Positions 61,927 through 64,000 of a DNA stretch of 64,000 nucleotides are shown here, in pieces. Both the position numbers and the translations under genes were made by a program. Origin of the DNA: an uncultured Alphaproteobacteria bacterium (GTDB lineage: Bacteria; Pseudomonadota; Alphaproteobacteria; Rhizobiales; Xanthobacteraceae); contig CAVPTM010000004.1 of the NCBI GenBank assembly GCA_963708635.1, positions 167,445 through 231,444 of the forward strand, given 5' to 3'. The notes under the pieces were generated by a model. It did no database searches. It had not been told where the DNA came from and saw only the letters and a program-made list of their open reading frames with translations. Position 1 is the first letter of the stretch. The number at the start of each line of letters is the position of its first letter.

Positions 61927-64000
61927 TTACGCTGCCACCGCCTCGGCGCCGCCGACCAAAACGCTGACCTCGCCGAAGCCGGCGGCCGCCATGTGCTCCT
62001 GCGCGGTACGCGTCGCCACGCTCGCCGGATCGGCCGTCACCAGCACCGCGCGCGGCGCCAGCGGCGCGAAGCGCGGCAATTCGATTTCGGTCGCGGCGCC
62101 GATATCGAGCACGACGTGCTCGTAGCTGCGCATCAGCGCCTCCACCACCGTCGCCAGCATGGGCGACGCGGCAAGCGCCGCCGCCTCGCCGTCGAGCTTA
62201 CCGGTCGCCACCAGATGCAGGCGCGAATATTGGTCGCGCGTGATGATGTCGCCGAACGAGGCCTTGCCGTGGATCAGGTCGGCGACCCCGGGCGCGTCCG
62301 GATCGGTCGAGATCACCGCCAGATTGGGCGCGGCGAAGGCGAGATCGACCAGCACCACGTTGGCGTTTTCGGCGAGCGCGCGCGCAAGCGTGATGGCGGC
62401 AAAGGTCGTACCGACGCCGCGTTCGACGCCGATCACGGCGACGCGGCGGCCGGCCTCGCCCGCCTGCCGCAGTTCATGCGCGATCTGCGCGAGGCTGCTG
62501 GTCCCGTCATGCGTGGGCGCCGCAGGCGGCGGCGCGGGGAACGGCACCGGCGCGGCTGCCGGCATAACGACCGGCGCGGGCGGCACCAGCGACGGCGAAC
62601 TCATCACCGGGGGCGCCGGACCGTTGCCGGGCGCGCCATAGCCGGGCGCATAGGCATAGGCGGCGGGCGCGGCGAGCAGCGCGCCGGTCACCACGAAGCC
62701 CGCCGACAGCGCAAAACCGGCAAAGGCGGCGATCAGCACCGTCGGCAGCTTCTTCGGAAACGCCGGCTTGATCGCCGGCGCGGCGCGCGAAATGACCCGC
62801 GCTTCCGGCGGCGCGGCGTTGATGCTCTCGCGCGCGGTCGCCTCGCGGTATTTGGCCAGATAGGATTCGAGAGATCGCGCTCGGTCTTGGCCTCGCGCTC
62901 GAGCGCGCGCAATTCGAGATCCTGCTCGTTGGTCTGCGAGGCGGTCTTTTTCGCCTGGTCGAGGCTGGCGGTCAAAGTTTTGATGCGGTCGCCGGCGACC
63001 TTGGCGTCGTTCTCGAGCTGGCGCGCCAACCGCTCGCCCTCGCTGCGCAACAACTGGTCGAGTTCGGCGATCTGGGCTTTGAGTTCCTTGATGCGCGGAT
63101 GCTGATCGAGCAGCGTGGTCGATTGCTCGGCCAGCTGCGCGCGCAGGATCATGCGCTGTTCGCTGAGGCGGCGGATCGATTCGCTATTGGCGATGTCGGA
63201 GGAGTCGATCGGCTGGCCCGACTTGATGAGCGAGCGCAACTGCATCGCGCGCGCCTGCAGGTCGGCCTGCTGGCCGCGCGCCGCGGAGATCTGCGAATTG
63301 ATCTCGGTAAGCTGCTGGCTCGACAGCGACGAATTGTTGGAGCCGACATACAAGTTCGACTTGGTGCGGTAGGCCTCGACCTTGGCCTCGGCGTCGGCGA
63401 CCTTCACGCGCATCTTGTCGATCTCGCCGGCGAGCCACACGCCGGCGGCGCGCGTCTGTTCCTGCTTCGCCACCTGCTGCATCCGCAGATAACTGTCGGC
63501 GATCGTGTTGGCGACGTTGGCGGCGAGCTGCGGATCGGCCGAGGTGAAATCGATGGCGATGACGCGCGACTTTTCGATCGCATAGACGTTGAGCCGCTCG
63601 TAATAGGCTTCCAGCGTGCGCTCTTCGCGGGTCATCGATGCCGGGATCGCGCGCCAGCCCGAACAGGCCGAGAATCGTGCGCAGCACCGAACTGACCGGG
63701 TTGAACTCGTTCTTGTCGGCGAGCTTCTCCTTGGCGATCACGTCGCGCGCGAGCTCGCGCGACAGCACGAGCTGGGTCTGGCTGGTCACCGCCTCGGCAT
63801 CCATGGCGCTGCGGTCGCTATTCTTGTCGGCGTCGGCGCGCAGGAACACGTTCTCGCGCAATTCCAGCAGCAGACGCGCTTCGGAGCGGAATTGCGGGGT
63901 GATGAGATTGACGACGAGGAAGGCGACGACGGCGCAGATCAGCGTCACGCCGAGGATGCGGCCTTTTCGCAGCCACAGCAGCCGGCCGAGGCCGCGCATG
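61927..64000 (-). CDS. Polysaccharide co-polymerase/transport protein (GumC/ExoP/Wzc-like, UppA-like); 5' end outside the window; frameshifted
   Basis: Wzz-type N-term (ITPQFRSEARLL), SRVIAIDF..DPQLAA, coiled coils, HPRIKEL, degenerate kinase domain. Confidence 0.85.

Overview
High-GC alphaproteobacterial chromosome segment. Gene content and order point to Hyphomicrobiales/Rhizobiales (Xanthobacteraceae/Nitrobacteraceae-like by inference). It is mostly core genome: rpsB (5' end), dnaE, lolD/lolCE, proS, mce, rnj, birA, a complete nuoA-N complex I operon, tRNA-Asp/Val/Leu, HU, lon-clpX-clpP-tig, nnr, glnB-glnA, rpsI-rplM, metY, ctaA, and the edge of a Upp-like polysaccharide cluster. Most long genes, including essential ones, are broken by single-base indels, best read as sequencing/assembly error, so gene coordinates below are reconstructed across those breaks. 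Main signals missed by the ORF track: (1) a 32-aa single-TM ORF upstream of dnaE under two alphaproteobacterial LexA boxes (SidA-like SOS division inhibitor candidate); (2) a structured sRNA beside proS (alpha-r9-like); (3) four translationally coupled accessory genes inside the nuo operon (FlK-like thioesterase, a ~67-aa orphan, two DUF3291-like paralogs); (4) a 29-aa TatA-N-terminus-like microprotein; (5) a catabolic islet at the tRNA-Asp 3' end with a non-canonical M24 enzyme. Family assignments come from motif recognition only; no database searches were run.
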